Shown here: positions 61,658 through 64,000 of the stretch, one piece after another
Numbering within the stretch: position 1 is the first letter of the stretch
How the letters are laid out: each line of letters opens with the position of its first letter
Source of the DNA: Candidatus Sulfomarinibacteraceae bacterium
Lineage (GTDB): Bacteria > Acidobacteriota > Thermoanaerobaculia > Thermoanaerobaculales > Sulfomarinibacteraceae
Length of the DNA: 64,000 nucleotides
Assembly: GCA_963796455.1 (NCBI GenBank)
Contig: CAWCLO010000001.1
Span: forward strand, 359,372-423,371
Direction: 5' to 3'
Position numbers and translations under genes: made by a program
Notes under the pieces: generated by a model
The model's input: the letters and a program-made list of their open reading frames with translations, nothing else
Told to the model about the DNA's origin: nothing
The model's database searches: none

Positions 61658-64000
61658 CTAGTTGCCCGAGTAGGCATAGGTTTGGAAGAAGAAAGAAATG
61701 TCCTCAACTCCGTCGCCGTCGCGGTCGCCGCCCGGAAGAGGCGCGCCATTGATAAATGTCTCCATGCCCTCTTCGGGGTCGAAGAGCATGGTGCCCCCCG
61801 GGATGACCAACAACCAACGGGTATTCCATACTGACCGGCCGATCAATCGGCTGTCGCTGGTCATCTGGCTGGCGTTGATCGGATCACCCTCGTCAAAGGA
61901 ATGCGCCTTGAATGACGAGAATCTTCGAATCTCGTAGAAATCTTCGCTGAGCCCGTCATTCACCGGGATCCAGTCCGGATCGTCGAGATTTTCAGCGCCG
62001 ATCGGGAATGGTACCGGCAGTTTCTGATCGACCACACTCCACTCCCGAGTACCGAAGTCGGTAGCGTCCGGGGATCGCAGTACGTCCGCGCCGACCGGTA
62101 TCAGGTAGACGCGTGGGGTCGAAGAAAGCGGCAGCTGGTCATAGCCCTGGAACCACACACCGACGGCGCGAACCTTGGTCGCGAAGTTGGAGGGATCATA
62201 GGCACTGTCTCCGGGCCCGAGAGGCCAACCGAAGAAGTTCATTCCAAAGGTCACCGTGGTGCTGAAAGGAATGATGATCCCCGGTTGGGCGCCCAGCTCC
62301 GGCGGTGTAAACGGTCGCGAATAACGTCTGAAGAGTTCGTTGTCAAAGAGGTTGTCAACCCGATAGTCGGTCAGAATCTGGCGCCATTTGGAGTCGGATT
62401 CCGGAGTCTCTCCATCGATGCGGAAGAGCTCCCTGCGCAACGAGAACCTGTTGGTCTCGGTCTGCGGATTGTTGAAACCGAGCTGGCCTTTGAGCACATC
62501 GAAATTCTGCCGGAGTCGAGCCAACGGATCGGCGAGACCGGGCGAGCCCGCAATCGGCTGGCCATCGACCAACTGACCGAGGCTGCGTTCACGCACGATA
62601 CCCGTCAGAAAGTCCTGACCCGACTGCGGATTGCCGCCGAGAAGATTGGTTTCGTAATCGTAGGCGGTGGCCGCAAGGAAGGCGTAGCGTGCCGCGAGAT
62701 CGAACTGAGCACGGTACTTCTGCAGGGCGTCGTTGCGGAAAACCCGGAACGCCATGTCCTGGAAGCGGTATTCCTGAACATCCGCCGCCGTGTTCTTGCG
62801 GAACTGGACACGTTCGGAAAGCAGGCGCTGGCCTTCGGCGAGCGTCTGCATCACTTCGCGCTGCGCCTGCTCGATCACCTCGCGTCGAGTGTAGGCCTCG
62901 AGCCGCAGGAGCGGCTCTTGCCGCCACATGCTTTCGAGCTCACTGACGGCGTCGGCCGTCGCCTGGTCACCCTCCAGAACCTGAAGGGTGAGCCCGGCCA
63001 TGATCCCGATTCGACCCTTGAGTTGTTCGATCGGCAGCTTGGCGATCTCGATTCCGTCGGCAATGGTGTCGAGCGCAAATGCCGTGGCATCACCACCCAC
63101 CTGAATCGTGCACCGCGGAACCGACGTCATGTCGCCGCCAGCGGCAAGACCGGCGACGAGGCTCTCGGGCAAACACTCGGCAGTGTTCTCGAAGCTGGCA
63201 TCGATGAACGAGGCGGTCCGTTGCAGCACGATCTGGGTCGCGGACATTGCCGCCAGGGCGAGATCGGCGCCCTGGGTCAATTCGTCGGCGGTGTGTTGGA
63301 CCTGAATCTGGCTCTTTCGGACGTTGTGGTTGGTCTGGAGATCGCCAACCGCACCTTCGAGATCCGCGATCAGATTGTCATACTCCTTGAGGATCTGTTT
63401 GTAGGAGTTCAACGCGATAAAGAACTCCGAAAGGCGATCCTGAAGCTCACCGGTGGCGCGACGTTGACCGGTCCACTGGGGAGGTTTGATCATCCCGATA
63501 TTGTTGGCCGATGTCGCCAGGTGATAGTCGACATCGAGATTGACATCCGGAGGATCCGAAAGCGAGCAGGATATTCCCGTTGGATCGAGCAGACACCCGA
63601 GCTTCGGATCGGTTGAGAAATCGAAATTCCCGATGGTCAGGGTCGGCGAGAACGACGCCGTGATGACCTGCACCGGTTCTTCCGGCGTACCCGTGAGATC
63701 GCTCTGATCGACATACATCCAGTGATAGACATCGGGGCCGTTAAAGCCCTCCTCATAGGTGCCTCCAGGCCCGATGTCATCGGAGTACGGATAGCCGAAG
63801 ATTTCGATCATGCGATTGTTGTAGTCGCGTTCCTGGCCGGATACGTTGCGCGTCAGATCGTCGGTCGAATCCTGATTCTGGCGCAGCAGTTGATTGAGCT
63901 CGTTGGCGTGGTCGAAGACCGCCACCGCGTTGTCGAGGGCGACCTCGGCCCGCTCGTAGATCTGTTCGAAATGGGTCAGATCCTGAAGAGCGCCCGGATC
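61658..64000 (-). CDS. very large protein, C-terminal ~780 aa only (continues beyond right edge); long helical region + beta-rich C-terminal domain
   Basis: The frame stays open from 63925 to 64000 (DPGALQDLTHFEQIYERAEVALDNAVAVFDH...), so the ORF-track GTG start is internal. The C-terminal logic (RWLLVIPGG...VEDISFFFQTYAYSGN) reminds me of TcA-like toxin C-termini. That resemblance is low confidence. Confidence 0.6.
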   Translation of the reverse strand, partial: DPGALQDLTHFEQIYERAEVALDNAVAVFDHANELNQLLRQNQDSTDDLTRNVSGQERDYNNRMIEIFGYPYSDDIGPGGTYEEGFNGPDVYHWMYVDQSDLTGTPEEPVQVITASFSPTLTIGNFDFSTDPKLGCLLDPTGISCSLSDPPDVNLDVDYHLATSANNIGMIKPPQWTGQRRATGELQDRLSEFFIALNSYKQILKEYDNLIADLEGAVGDLQTNHNVRKSQIQVQHTADELTQGADLALAAMSATQIVLQRTASFIDASFENTAECLPESLVAGLAAGGDMTSVPRCTIQVGGDATAFALDTIADGIEIAKLPIEQLKGRIGIMAGLTLQVLEGDQATADAVSELESMWRQEPLLRLEAYTRREVIEQAQREVMQTLAEGQRLLSERVQFRKNTAADVQEYRFQDMAFRVFRNDALQKYRAQFDLAARYAFLAATAYDYETNLLGGNPQSGQDFLTGIVRERSLGQLVDGQPIAGSPGLADPLARLRQNFDVLKGQLGFNNPQTETNRFSLRRELFRIDGETPESDSKWRQILTDYRVDNLFDNELFRRYSRPFTPPELGAQPGIIIPFSTTVTFGMNFFGWPLGPGDSAYDPSNFATKVRAVGVWFQGYDQLPLSSTPRVYLIPVGADVLRSPDATDFGTREWSVVDQKLPVPFPIGAENLDDPDWIPVNDGLSEDFYEIRRFSSFKAHSFDEGDPINASQMTSDSRLIGRSVWNTRWLLVIPGGTMLFDPEEGMETFINGAPLPGGDRDGDGVEDISFFFQTYAYSGN

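Overview
This is a 64-kb, roughly 60% GC segment that reads as bacterial chromosome. I saw no rRNA, tRNA, CRISPR array, transposase or integrase. All protein calls rest on motifs I recognise in the supplied translations; no database search was possible.

Left third (1-18.3 kb, minus strand): a complete [NiFe]-hydrogenase module.
- hypA-hypB-hypF-hypC-hypD-hypE, tightly coupled by GTGA/TTGA/ATGA start-stop overlaps. hypE carries an apparent +1 frameshift.
- A His-rich Ni transporter and an SbcD/SbcC-like pair follow the hyp genes.
- A Hyb-type structural operon: small subunit, Tat-FeS protein, NrfD-like membrane subunit, large subunit, protease.

Middle (18.7-33.6 kb): an AGCS symporter, a lipoprotein, an aldehyde dehydrogenase, a patatin-like lipase and an SDR. 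Then a histidine kinase and NtrC-type regulator followed by a textbook sigma54 promoter driving a His/Asp-rich secreted protein. Then a MinD-like ATPase with a J-like/HTH protein, and citrate synthase.

Right half (33.8-64 kb): an envelope and signalling island.
- An unusual FHA / cNMP-binding / degenerate sigma54-AAA+ / 4Fe-4S membrane fusion protein.
- A 1468-aa BNR (Asp-box) protein with AFVIN repeats.
- A frameshifted Ser/Thr kinase-TPR gene.
- An internally duplicated FG-GAP/LamG giant protein plus a Cys-rich partner.
- An EPS priming sugar transferase.
- A TPP riboswitch in front of a TonB-dependent receptor.
- An operon of giant secreted proteins running off the right edge.

The most unusual signal is in the intergenic DNA. 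Almost every long spacer is a mosaic built from a small vocabulary of 6-9-bp word arrays and palindromic units. Embedded in these mosaics are four copies of a transposase-less element bounded by terminal inverted repeats (TIRs). Its cargo is an Avd-like / 23S-rRNA-IVS-type four-helix-bundle gene. One copy is intact. Two share the same deletion, and between those two the cargo is flipped relative to the element frame. One copy has no gene.

The repeat vocabulary resembles what I associate with Acidobacteriota- or Planctomycetota-type genomes, but that is a low-confidence impression.
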